Source: Phoronis australis
Taxonomy: Eukaryota > Animalia > Phoronida
Reading direction: 5' to 3'
Length of the DNA stretch: 64,000 nt
Assembly: GCA_002633005.1 (NCBI GenBank)
Contig: NMRA01000833.1
Location: forward strand, 1-64,000
The notes beneath the pieces were generated by a model. It did no database searches. It was not told where the DNA came from and saw only the letters and a program-made list of their open reading frames with translations. Every line of letters begins with the position of its first letter. The first letter of the stretch is position 1. A program made the position numbers and the translations under genes. Below are positions 13,701-23,856 of this stretch, in pieces.

Positions 13701-16700
13701 AATTCTAACGTTGTTTTCAAGGGCTTAAAATTGCGGAATTGTTCTAGGTTAGCAAAGATCAGCTTGATGAAAAACATGTGACAAATTCAATCTCAAGTAT
13801 CCTTATTTGTTCATTCAAGGTAACGTCTTATCTCACCAACTTTTCTGTGAAGTACGCTTTCTTTCCATAATTGGCTGCTTTGCTACAATCAAGACTGAAA
13901 TTCACAACCTTGTTTTCATTTAGATATATCAACTGTTCCCTGCCACGCAGGGGGCACACATTGCCCCGCCAATGCCTTCTGTTTCAAGGCCACCAAAGTC
14001 TGCAAGTGTAAGTGGGGTTACGTGGCTGTCCAGGGCCAGTGTCTAGGTAAATATAACCATCAGTTTTAAGTTTAAATCAGCTTACATACATATATCTCGT
14101 ATCACGGTATACTGACCCACAGGTATCATCACATACGTCATATTATATGTATATACATATTTCAAGCAAAGCGCCTAGTCTTCTGAGGCACAAATCAAAT
14201 TACCATTCACTATCTGAGGCAACAGGTAATCATCACAAATTACCATTCACTATCTGTGGCAACAGGTAATCATCCCAAATCAAATTACCATTCACCATCT
14301 GAGGCAACAGGTAATCATTCCAAATCAAATTACCAATCACTATCTGAGGCATTAGGTAATCATCACAAATTACCATTCACTATCTGTGGCAACAGGTAGT
14401 CATCACAAAACTGAATAACATTATTTATATGTAAGTGTATAAAAAACTTTATGCAAATGAATATATCAATAGTTTTTGTAATTTTGATATATTCATTACA
14501 GTAAACAGGCCTCTGTCCCATGTNNNNNNNNNNNNNNNNNNNNNNNNNNNNNNNNNNNNNNNNNNNNNNNNNNNNNNNNNNNNNNNNNNNNNNNNNNNNN
14601 NNNNNNNNNNNNNNNNNNNNNNNNNNNNNNNNNNNNNNNNNNNNNNNNNNNNNNNNNNNNNNNNNNNNNNNNNNNNNNNNNNNNNNNNNNNNNNNNNNNN
14701 NNNNNNNNNNNNNNNNNNNNNNNNNNNNNNNNNNNNNNNNNNNNNNNNNNNNNNNNNNNNNNNNNNNNNNNNNNNNNNNNNNNNNNNNNNNNNNNNNNNN
14801 NNNNNNNNNNNNNNNNNNNNNNNNNNNNNNNNNNNNNNNNNNNNNNNNNNNNNNNNNNNNNNNNNNNNNNNNNNNNNNNNNNNNNNNNNNNNNNNNNNNN
14901 NNNNNNNNNNNNNNNNNNNNNNNNNNNNNNNNNNNNNNNNNNNNNNNNNNNNNNNNNNNNNNNNNNNNNNNNNNNNNNNNNNNNNNNNNNNNNNNNNNNN
15001 NNNNNNNNNNNNNNNNNNNNNNNNNNNNNNNNNNNNNNNNNNNNNNNNNNNNNNNNNNNNNNNNNNNNNNNNNNNNNNNNNNNNNNNNNNNNNNNNNNNN
15101 NNNNNNNNNNNNNNNNNNNNNNNNNNNNNNNNNNNNNNNNNNNNNNNNNNNNNNNNNNNNNNNNNNNNNNNNNNNNNNNNNNNNNNNNNNNNNNNNNNNN
15201 NNNNNNNNNTACTTTGAGTCGAAAATAATAAATTTTTTTGCTTTCAGCAATAGCGGATGTTCCTTGTAGCGCGGGTGGCACTAAATGTCCAGCAAACTCT
15301 TTCTGTGACAAAAACCAGAAAGTGTGTAGATGTACGTTTGGCTTCGTGCTCTTCCAGGGTTCATGCCAAGGCAAGTAAAACTCGGTTTTTATTTCCAATG
15401 AACCGTCAATTCGTCGACAACAGTTTACGTCAAGAAGCAAAGGCAAATATTGTTTTCTTGGTGCAATTATTATTATCATTATTTAAACACTTACTTACAC
15501 ATTTTGCTAAAAATAAATGGGCTTCTCAATGAGTTTTTCCCTCGCACCTAGTCTAATGTCGGTGTTGTTGTTTTTCTAGCTATAGGGACTGTTCCATGTG
15601 AGGCCGGAGGTTTGAAGTGCCCCGTTGGTGCTGTGTGTAATGTCGTCAGTAAAAAATGTGTATGCAAGTCCGGATTAATTTTGTATCAAGGATCATGTCA
15701 AGGTTGGTATATACAGATCACAATTGTCCCTGAACAAAACATTTCAAGAGCCACGTTCCTTTCCAAAATGTTCAGGTTGCTTCTTATGGTGCATCGTGAT
15801 AAAATGCTTCTTGGTTTTGTCACTTGTACATGACAGAACAAGTTACATGTAGTCACATTCTCCTGTGTGGTATGGCCGAAAGATGGCGTTTCAAACATGC
15901 GCCCGGGGTCTAATATTTCACTGGAAATCGAAATTGCTATTATTTTTCTCTAATCCGTCCTGTTATTAAGATCAACTTTGGCATTCGATTGATGCAAAGC
16001 ATACCGGTGTAGTGGTCTACATTTATCGATATCATGGTAAAAGTCCATACCGGTATAGTGGTCTACATTTATCGATAGCATGGTAAAAGTCCATACCAGT
16101 ATAGTGGTCAACATCTATCGATATCATGGTACATGCATGCCGATGTAGTGGTCTACATTTATCGACATCATGGTAAAAGTCCATACCGGTGTAGTGGTCT
16201 ACCTCTACACATAGGGCTGTAGGTGGAACAACTCATCATTTTACTCATATCCGCGTTTACTCTTTGGGAACTCGCAACACATATGTCTGGAACAGTCACA
16301 GTTCTAAAAAATGGCAGCTGCATGTGTTATAGACACCAGAAGCCGTGCACTTTACCTAGTTTAGAAACTACTTAGATTATAAAATTCTATGTGCACAGCT
16401 ACCTAATGACTTTCAGATTTCGAATTGCAAGAGAGACTATACTAGAAATTGCAAAAGCTGTGTTGAGACAGGTCGTTAATTCTTGAAATGATTCTAGGCC
16501 CCTTGGTGAAAGGAGCCGCGATAATAACATCAATAAGTACTTTGCTTTTGAAATGATATATCATTTTCCTCATTACCATATATGTGCTCTAATGCTTTTT
16601 TTACTGACAATGTATTTTATTCAAAAGTGGAGGACAATCTACATGCTCTATTTCTTCCTGATAAATCTCGCGCTGATTTTTCTTTCACGTTTGCTAGTAG

Positions 16701-19700
16701 GTACCGCTTGGCCAGAGTCGTTAGCACTCGACAGGAAGTGTAGAATGGTGTTATCTCTGTATTCTGGTGCCTTCATGGAGGCTGATGTTTTTCGCCATAA
16801 AAGCAATTGCATACAGTGCGTTTCAAACACCCAAGACCGTCACAAAAATTAAATATCGTTAATTTCTGGTGGTTTTCTGCTGTCCTGTTCATAGACAATG
16901 ACTTCGGATTGTGTACGATGTTAACAGGCTCCTCGGTGTTCTTTGGTTAATTGTAGTGATGTTTTGAACCAATGAATCTTCACTTTCTAAGTATTTAACA
17001 GGCTTTGAGACAATAACAAACCCTGGATGAACCCATCTAATTTCTGATGAAGTCATGCTGGCATCTGGGCTTCCATAAGTGATTCGGCAGTTCCTGTCAT
17101 CTACGCGTCTTTCCAAAGGCGCGCAAATGTTGCGCTACACACCGCGTTCTTGGGCTTTTGCCGTCCACAGGCTTCATAACGGATTACTGTATGTTATAGA
17201 CCAATAATGTGCGAGAGTCCAAGAGATGGACAGTGCTAGTAACAGAAAGTTCTTTCAATCGTGCTTAATAATCAGATGTTTTACACAGTCAATTATAAAG
17301 GGACGTACATCTAATGCAAAGCTCTGATCAGGACTTGGGACATCGAAACTCTTTTGGTACACATTCTCATTTTAGCAAAAGAAATCGTTCCTTGTGCAGT
17401 GGGAGGAACCAAGTGTCCTGCACATTCCATTTGCAACACCACTCAACAAGTGTGCTGGTGCAGTGCTGGTAAAGTCATGTTCAGTGGAAGTTGCCAAGGT
17501 AATTAAGAGTACAAGTGTATGCAAATGCATATTTATGTATTAAAGAGGGGTTATGTTACCTTCATTGAATGCAAATAGTTAAAAGCAGTACCCATGTAAA
17601 ATGAGTAAATGCAATAATTTAGGGACGAGTGGTGGATATTTGATTGCAGTAACTTAACCAACACAGCTAGGCAAAAACAACAAATAACTCCAGTAGTTAT
17701 CATTCTGAGCCTAAAAACAAAAAACACGTGTTCATAGTTTCTTGTTGTTTAAATAGAGGAGCCCATACTCATAGAGGTAATGTTTTATATTGAAGATTTA
17801 GAAAATGTACCGTGCGTTTCCGGGGGAAGTAAATGTCCAGCAAATGCAAAGTGTGTCGAGAAACAATGCAGGTGTAATGAAGGATATGTGCTAAAGGCCG
17901 GAATTTGTACAGGTAATATTGCTTTGGACTCATAACCGTGTGTAATCGCCCGCCATTTCAACCAGTAAAGGAGCGTTGAAGTTATTGCAAACCTTTGCTG
18001 GAAAAGCTGTAATAAAGAATTGTGGAACTCTGTGTTTTTTGAATTACGATAATCTTGGCTTGAGACCATTGCTCTTGACTGTAACGTGTGTATAGTCACC
18101 TTTTGTGAATTAAGCATCTGACAGTTGCTGCATTGAATTCAAGTTCTATTGTTTTCAGTCTTTCTTACGTGTATGTCAGTTTAGATTTCATCTGAGTCAT
18201 CTGAATACCGTTGAGCCTACTCATTGAAATTTCGAGTTCTTCTGGTGATGCCTTGTTATATTTCATTCTTTAGACATTGATGAGTGCGCAGATTCAACTC
18301 TCAACACTTGCGACAAAGTCAACGGGATCTGCACGAACATAGCTGGAAGTTACAAGTGCAGCTGCAAAAAGGGTTTAGTGTTGTACAAAGGCAACAAGTG
18401 TGGCAAAAAAGACCTTAAAAGTATGTTTAAATTCTATTTGATATGAGCTACGTTCTGTCACACCATTAGCTCCCTTTTTTGATTTGGCGTGATCAGACAA
18501 GTGTCGCAAGATGTCGGCATGTACCTAAATAAACCCAATAAACTATGAAGCATTCTTGAACGTTGGTGGGAAAAAAATATTATCTTGCAAGAACATTACG
18601 AAACCGTTTTTAAGAATATAAACTACTAATTTGATTGTCGTTTTAGCAAACTCAAGACGGTGATGTGCACTTTTAAGCCAAGCACTATTGCTCATTGGTT
18701 TGGTCTGAACTAACTTCGTGGCGCAAAATATTCACTAGTAGACGCTACACATAGTGAGATTTTGGGTTGGCTAACCCAAAATTGCAGATTCCAAAGTAAT
18801 GCATACACGCATGCATTGCTGTGATCTGAGTTGCCGGTCATTCAGCAATATTTTACCAAGCTGGTAATTGTGTGGCCAGATTTTTAAACCCCAATGCGTG
18901 ATGGTCAAGAATGCAACAGCTAAACAATGTGATATGCATAGTCAGAGTCCTCTTGCGGTAAAAATAAACATTCGAGTGTAAGTCACGTGACACTTATCTC
19001 CACTAATATTATTTTATTTGATAATTACGTAATTACAATAATAATTATAGTAATAAGTAAAAGTCACACGATAAGAAATTCAAAAGAATTTTGTAAACTA
19101 TCTGGATAAAACCATGAAGTAAAAACTTTGTCGTGGCCCACACAAAACTAGAAATATAAATATTACGAATAAATAATAAATTTCAAATAATCATACAGGA
19201 GGAATGAGAAATGTGAAAGCCAGCTGAAAAATGTAGAAGGAAGTAATAAGGTAGATCTCAAATGAATAGATACATAATTTAATTAATAAATGAAGTCAGA
19301 GTTTTGCCTTCTCTCAGTAAGACTAAATAGATATTGTTTGACTGTTTAAATTTGGAATATTTCTCAGGTGGCCAGGAAGGGAATGCCATAGAACTATGGT
19401 TGATTTTTAAAGTTTTATATTCGTGTGCTTTGACTGTTGATAGAATAATGCCATTATCGCTTCTTCTAGTACTGTGAGAATGGTTTGGTTAAAATGCTCA
19501 AACGTGATCAAAGAGATACTTTGGGGGTGTTTCTATGAACTATTTCATGAATAAGGTGGAGTTTGAGTTGGTTTACTCGACTTTCAATATTTAACCAGCC
19601 AAGGACTGAAAATGATGAAAACTAATGTGAGTATTAGGGTGTAAACTGAGAAGATACCTTATTATTTTTTTTCACACACATGGTGCTTTTAGCGAAAACA

Positions 19701-21219
19701 AGTATTTAAACTGGAAAACCAACTTGGACAAGCATAATCAAAAAAGGAATTATTAATGAATTGCACATGACTTTATGTGTCCTTATGTCTAAGCATAAAA
19801 TGTACAATGTAGTCTACAATTGTATTTTTTAATAATACACTAAGTTGTCTCCTCAAACATTAAGAGTTTTTTATCCATGAGATGAGCATGAAGTGAGAAC
19901 ACTACCATTACACGCTACATTAAAGTCAACATGGTTTGATTTACCAACATGAAGGGATAGTATGCTATCAATATATGAATCACATAGGTTATTGACTTCA
20001 TTAATAAGAGGCTGCTAAATACTGAGACGTTCCTATGGGAGAAATAAGACAGAATCGTCTGCGTACTGAAGAAGATTACAATCAACTACAGATTCCATGT
20101 CATAAACATACAGCAGAAATAACAAGGGGCCCAGAATAGAGCCCTGGGGGACGCCTTAGTTCAGTCTGACAGCCAAGTATGTCAACGACGTGGGCTCTAA
20201 AAGTTAAATAAGAGTCGAACCACTTGACAGAATTCTGTGCAAGACCAACAGATTTTAATTTATCAATCAAAATATCATGATCTACCGTCTCGAATGCGTT
20301 TTGTAGATCAATTAAAACCATGTCATCACTTTTACCGGCATCGAGAGCTAATTTTATATTGGCAGTAAGGTAAGACAAGCAGGTTTCAGTGGAAATAGAA
20401 GACCGATCACCATACTTGAATTGTTTTCCAGTTGTTAATAGACAAATCCTAAAAATCTTAGAAATTATACAAAAGATTAATACTGGTCTATTATTAGACA
20501 CGTTCAATCTGGTATTCTTCTTAAAAAGAGGGATAACTTTAGCGAAATTAAAGTTTTCTAAAACTTCTTACTGGCATTACAATTATTATTGATTTGATTC
20601 GATAAAAATAGACTTTGGCCAATTTAATTTTGTTACGCAATATACGGAATTCGGAGTAGATATCAGGTCGATGATTTCTTTTAAAAACCCTTTATACTTT
20701 GTCTCGAGCATAATTATTTTCTATTTGTTGCCCAACGTTGACATCTAGCTTTAATTTTTAGGTGCTCAATTGGAGAAACAGAATCAATGACGCAAAAATT
20801 AAACCAGGATCTGTCAACATCGTTACAATATGTGACTACACTCCACTCAACTTAGTTTAATTAGCACACTCTCAAGTTATTGGCAACTCTTAAGTAGCCC
20901 GCAACTCCGCAAGGCTAGTGTTTTTTTACAATTTTGTTTTGGGGTTAAATTTCCATTACATTACATTCGCCAAAAACAAAGTCTGATGTTCACTGACGTA
21001 ACCTACTCCATGTTTAACATCAGTAATGGCTATCTGTTTGCAGAGTATTGTGACGCCTTTGGCAATCGCTACACGCCCATTGACGACTGTAAGCGGTACC
21101 GACAACAGGTGATAGGGACGGACCGATCGTTCAATTTAAGCTGTCCTGGCACCTTGATCTTCAACGCGGAAACTTGTGTCTGTGACTGGCCACGTAATGT
21201 AATATGCACTGCAGAATAG
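366..21219 (+). CDS. Gene A span (5' end outside window): 13 six-Cys EGF/EB-like modules + cbEGF + C-terminal chitin-binding type-2 domain; predicted secreted matrix protein
   Basis: 15 exons with AG/GT (one GC) boundaries, all phase 1, splice into one open frame ending at TAG 21217-21219. Confidence 0.85.
1011..1133 (+). CDS. Gene A module exon A2
   Basis: ttcag|...|gtaagt, 123 nt; EAAKVPCQSGGTQCPANSFCVKASKECKCKAGYVNYQGSCQ. Confidence 0.9.
1425..2333 (+). mobile_element. Non-autonomous DNA transposon (MITE), CAGTGGCGGATCTA...TAAATCCGCCTATG ends
   Basis: Short imperfect TIRs with G/C-run subterminal motifs; second copy at 3455. Confidence 0.75.
3455..4357 (+). mobile_element. Second, internally rearranged copy of the same MITE (spans N gap 3968-4330)
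   Basis: 3455-3580 matches 1425-1550 and 3580-3680 matches 1848-1950; same 3' end taaatccgcctgtg. Confidence 0.7.
4822..4944 (+). CDS. Gene A module exon A3
   Basis: ttaag|...|gtgcgt, 123 nt; [41 protein letters not shown]. Confidence 0.88.
5152..5479. repeat. Minisatellite, ~5 units of 60-75 bp
   Basis: Repeated agtacatctgttataagcaa...ggaagta.caagca.ttcaagtaacattaca. Confidence 0.85.
5573..5695 (+). CDS. Gene A module exon A4
   Basis: tgcag|...|gtaggc, 123 nt; EVGKVACESGGTLCPSNSECDLASKKCKCSAGYVHYQGKCQ. Confidence 0.9.
5759..5960. repeat. Tandem duplication, 2 x 99 bp
   Basis: ctttctccagg..atataata at 5761 and 5860. Confidence 0.85.
6540..6662 (+). CDS. Gene A module exon A5
   Basis: tgcag|...|gtaggg, 123 nt; EINKVPCASGGTLCPTNAVCNKKTKSCKCKVGYIDFQGKCQ. 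Confidence 0.9.
7585..7730 (+). repeat. (TAT)n microsatellite preceded by AATAAA; probable 3' tail of a non-LTR retroelement
   Basis: aaataaagtt followed by (tat)n at ~7661-7728. Confidence 0.65.
8380..9040 (-). mobile_element. ISL2EU/PIF-Harbinger-type DDE transposase remnant
   Basis: Minus strand SQYKSHNTVKYMVAIAP...DKYIVQKSGFL...VMADRGF...IPAF...LERAIRRLKSF (DDE_Tnp_4-like), disrupted; terminus-like ggaatatgtctatt near 9040. Confidence 0.8.
9358..9480 (+). CDS. Gene A module exon A6
   Basis: ttcag|...|gtgagt, 123 nt; AIATVPCASGGTKCSENAFCDTSSKVCRCAPGYVLFQGKCQ. Confidence 0.9.
10374..10496 (+). CDS. Gene A module exon A7
   Basis: tttaag|...|gtattg, 123 nt; [41 protein letters not shown]. 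Confidence 0.88.
10834..11038. repeat. Minisatellite, 4 x 50 bp
   Basis: ttgttatgtttacatgtatgtgtatactgaatatgttcagtgcttgtaca repeated nearly perfectly. Confidence 0.92.
11455..13290 (+). mobile_element. Old Helitron/Helentron-like non-autonomous element with degenerate ~145-bp internal repeats
   Basis: ctgtctgtcc...atctcc...gaaattt start; recurring cc(c/t)agtggcaatttt motif at ~145-bp spacing; ends ...gctctagttt. Confidence 0.5.
13414..13536 (+). CDS. Gene A module exon A8
   Basis: tttag|...|gtaaca, 123 nt; ERSKVPCESGGTRCPANSFCNTAKKTCHCNWGYILFQGHCQ. Confidence 0.9.
13924..14046 (+). CDS. Gene A module exon A9
   Basis: tttag|...|gtaaat, 123 nt; DISTVPCHAGGTHCPANAFCFKATKVCKCKWGYVAVQGQCL. Confidence 0.9.
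   Translation: MYQLFPATQGAHIAPPMPSVSRPPKSASVSGVTWLSRASV
14191..14408. repeat. Minisatellite, 5 x 40-45 bp
   Basis: caaattaccattcactatctg(a/t)ggcaacaggtaatcat repeated. Confidence 0.9.
14524..15210. other. Assembly gap (others at 3968-4330 and 24467-24552)
   Basis: N runs; this one lies in gene A intron A9-A10 and could hide a further exon. Confidence 0.95.
15248..15370 (+). CDS. Gene A module exon A10 (GC-type donor)
   Basis: ttcag|...CAAG|gcaagt, 123 nt; AIADVPCSAGGTKCPANSFCDKNQKVCRCTFGFVLFQGSCQ. Confidence 0.85.
15580..15702 (+). CDS. Gene A module exon A11
   Basis: tctag|...|gttggt, 123 nt; AIGTVPCEAGGLKCPVGAVCNVVSKKCVCKSGLILYQGSCQ. Confidence 0.88.
16001..16203. repeat. Minisatellite, ~4.5 x 46 bp
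   Basis: ataccggtgtagtggtctacatttatcgatatcatggtaaaagtcc repeated. Confidence 0.9.
17376..17498 (+). CDS. Gene A module exon A12
   Basis: tttag|...|gtaatt, 123 nt; AKEIVPCAVGGTKCPAHSICNTTQQVCWCSAGKVMFSGSCQ. Confidence 0.9.
17796..17912 (+). CDS. Gene A module exon A13 (shorter; alternative in-frame start at 17802)
   Basis: gaag|ATTTAG|AA...ACAG|gtaata; DLENVPCVSGGSKCPANAKCVEKQCRCNEGYVLKAGICT. Confidence 0.82.
18274..18420 (+). CDS. Gene A calcium-binding EGF exon
   Basis: tttag|...|gtatgt; DIDECADSTLNTCDKVNGICTNIAGSYKCSCKKGLVLYKGNKCGKKDLK with the D-I-D-E-C and CxNxxGSYxC cbEGF signature. Confidence 0.9.
19330..20570 (-). mobile_element. Decayed non-LTR (CR1/L2-like) reverse transcriptase fragment
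   Basis: Minus strand STET...LIDLQNAFETVDHDILIDKL...WFDSYL, frameshifted GVPQGSILGPL and LLQYADDS at ~20052-20075. Confidence 0.85.
21044..21219 (+). CDS. Gene A terminal exon: chitin-binding type-2 (CBM14/peritrophin-A-like) domain
   Basis: ttgcag|AG; KYCDAFGNRYTPIDDCKRYRQQVIGTDRSFNLSCPGTLIFNAETCVCDWPRNVICTAE*; the CP-G-x-x-FN...CDWPxNVxC motif is typical of ChtBD2. Confidence 0.85.
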
Positions 21220-21638
21220 ATTGGCGGCGTTGCTGGTCTGGTAGAGCTTCCTTGCACTAGGTTTATAGTGCTTTTTTGTTCAGCAAGCCGCAGTTGGTCA
21301 CATACTGTGTGATCCACATAGGAACAATTACTCTGCTATAGAATTCGTTCAAACAGTATCAAGTAAAGACAAAAAACGGGAAACACTGTTATGGTGGCAG
21401 CACTTTTTATGTATTTGCATTTTTTCGAATGGTAGATAGTTATATTTAGATCATAATCGTATATCTTAGTTTAAACCTGGCTGGTGTTGTGGATATTGGT
21501 TCATAATGTACATCGCATTCGCCACTCAAAGCGCCACTGTACATTACTTTAGCGAGTTTGTTCTCAAAAAAAACTTAGCATTCACTGTTCTGAAAATTAC
21601 ACGTACTTACATGTGAAGTGATTGTGAATTTCGGGAAG

Positions 21639-21644
21639 AATAAA
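21639..21644 (+). promoter_or_regulatory. Putative polyadenylation signal of gene A
   Basis: AATAAA about 420 nt after the stop, followed by a GT/T-rich tract (tttttggtggttttttgtt) near 21680. Confidence 0.5.
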
Positions 21645-23856
21645 CAGATCGCTGTTGCCGAGAAGTCGACACAATTTCGGTTTTTGGTGGTTTTTGTTAT
21701 GTACGCCGAAAGAAACTAGGCCGACAGTCAAGTTCAACCAAGCTGGTTGCATGGCCTAACGTTAGATAGAGTTATTTAGGGGCGCTTAGACACTTTACTT
21801 TATCAGATTGTGAACGGATATTGCTTAATTTTCGACTGTGTTGAAATCCTAGCTAATTCAATGTGCTGGATACAGACTTCAGTATACACTAAAAACGATC
21901 CTATCAAATAGGCCTACGTGTATGCAGCATCAAATGTTGGTGTTGCTGGGATTTAAAAATGCTAAGGAAGTAGTAGAATGGTGGCATTGCATACATTATC
22001 TTTACTTGACAGACAATAACTAAAGGTTTTATAAGTGATGGCGCTTGATTTATGTTCTGTGGTAGGAAATGATTGAAAGCGGCTGTGAACTCACCTTCCG
22101 TCACAAAAATCAAAAATTTGGTTTAGACAACTTTGTCAAAATAGATACATGTATGATTATCCTACCAGGAAAGACCTGCCAGGCTCTAATAATTACTTGA
22201 ACGGCGTTTGCTTCAAATCTTTGAGGAAGTCGGTCAGTCTTCGGCTTTCCAAAAGCTATTTCTCATCTAAGCAACAGGAACAAGATGAACCCAAATTTAA
22301 TGTTTTAAGTGGTCTAAACAGGTTTTTCGACGGAAAGCTGGTTTATTGCCGCTTCAAGTGTTTGCTGTTTACGCTACTTTTTTCCGACTGTGGATTGTAA
22401 CCTGTGGAGCCGTTAAAACTATAGGACAAAAGAATTGTCTTTTGTTTCTGTCGTATCCATTGTTATACATGCATAAGCTATGAAATAAATGTTGGTCTGG
22501 TGTAAACTTCTTTCTCCTACATGTACTTGTTGCTTGTAAATGCTATTCGCGACAACTCACCGTTCCTTATTGCTCTAAAAGTCTAAAGTCAAGAAACGTG
22601 CTATGCCAATCAAATGAGTCACACACATTTCCTTACCATAAGGGCGTGGCTTCAAAACTTGCCTGGAGAAAGTTTTATAAAAGGTTGTAAGCCTATGTTT
22701 AACTAGGATTGTGTTATACTTTTGAGTATAATTTGCACGCAGTTCATTAAAGTGGCGAGTGATTGTGGTCTTGTAGCTTAAAGGGAAAAAATACCAACTT
22801 AAAAACGTCATGCAATATCCTAATAAAATGCTAATTGGGCACGCGACCCAATTAATAGCATATCCGGATAAAGTCAAAAATTAAATGCTACAGGCTTTCT
22901 AAAGACTGTATACTTTATCGAGTTTAATTCGATAGATCTGTACATTTCTGGCTAAAGACTTGCCAATGAGGTTTTCAACCGCAAAGGACCTGTGAACCGA
23001 CTGCACGCTAGCGAGCGAAATTCGTGTTATGATGTTAAGCGCCATGTGCGACCCCATTGGATGTAAAAGTTTTTGGCTCAAAACAAGCAATGGTCAAAGA
23101 GAAAGAAATACTTTCATTGTATTTGATTAAGGAAATGACTCAAGTTGATGATCTATACATGATTTGTCATACAAGATCTTCACTTTTACTGAAGGAAGTA
23201 AACGAAATTGATCGTGTCAAATCGAAATTTGTGCGCCGTTATTGCCGGTTTCAAGCCACGCGATTTGGTACGCGAGATACTTTCCATTTCAAGTTTCACT
23301 GGCGCAACGTCACCCGTCGCTCTTACGCAGTGCGGGACACAACAGAAGTTTCAGTCGCTCCAACTGAAGACAAATGAAAGCAAAGCTAATCGCAAATTCG
23401 ATAATACACCAGCCACGTCATTTATAAACGGGTAAACAAGTTGAAGACAACAAGTTAGGGTACTCCGATGGTTATGCAGGACCCTTGCAAAATGCCTCAT
23501 TTTAATTACGTTCAGATTTTCTGCTTTTCGCATTATCGACTGAAAACAGTAATTAGAATTGTTCTTAAAATGACCCAGTTTTGAATGAGGGATTATCAAT
23601 ATCATGGCCAATGGGAAAACATTCAAAGTTGTAGAAAACAAAAACAAATTGATACTTTGGAAAACTATAATGTGTATTTTTGACATTTTAATGGACATTT
23701 ATCAAAAACGAAATTTGGTCATGTTTTTGATATCGTTGTGTTTCTATAAGCGTACCTTTCCTTTTTGATAGTTTTTACTGAAAAACATATGGTCACCTGA
23801 CCCACTTAGTTGTAGTTTGTTAAAAAGTCAATATCAAGTTGTACAGATTTTCTTTC

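Noticed and set aside
14363-15479. Long ORFs in the track (also 3876-4364 and 24389-24750)
   Set aside because: They are mostly translated N gaps
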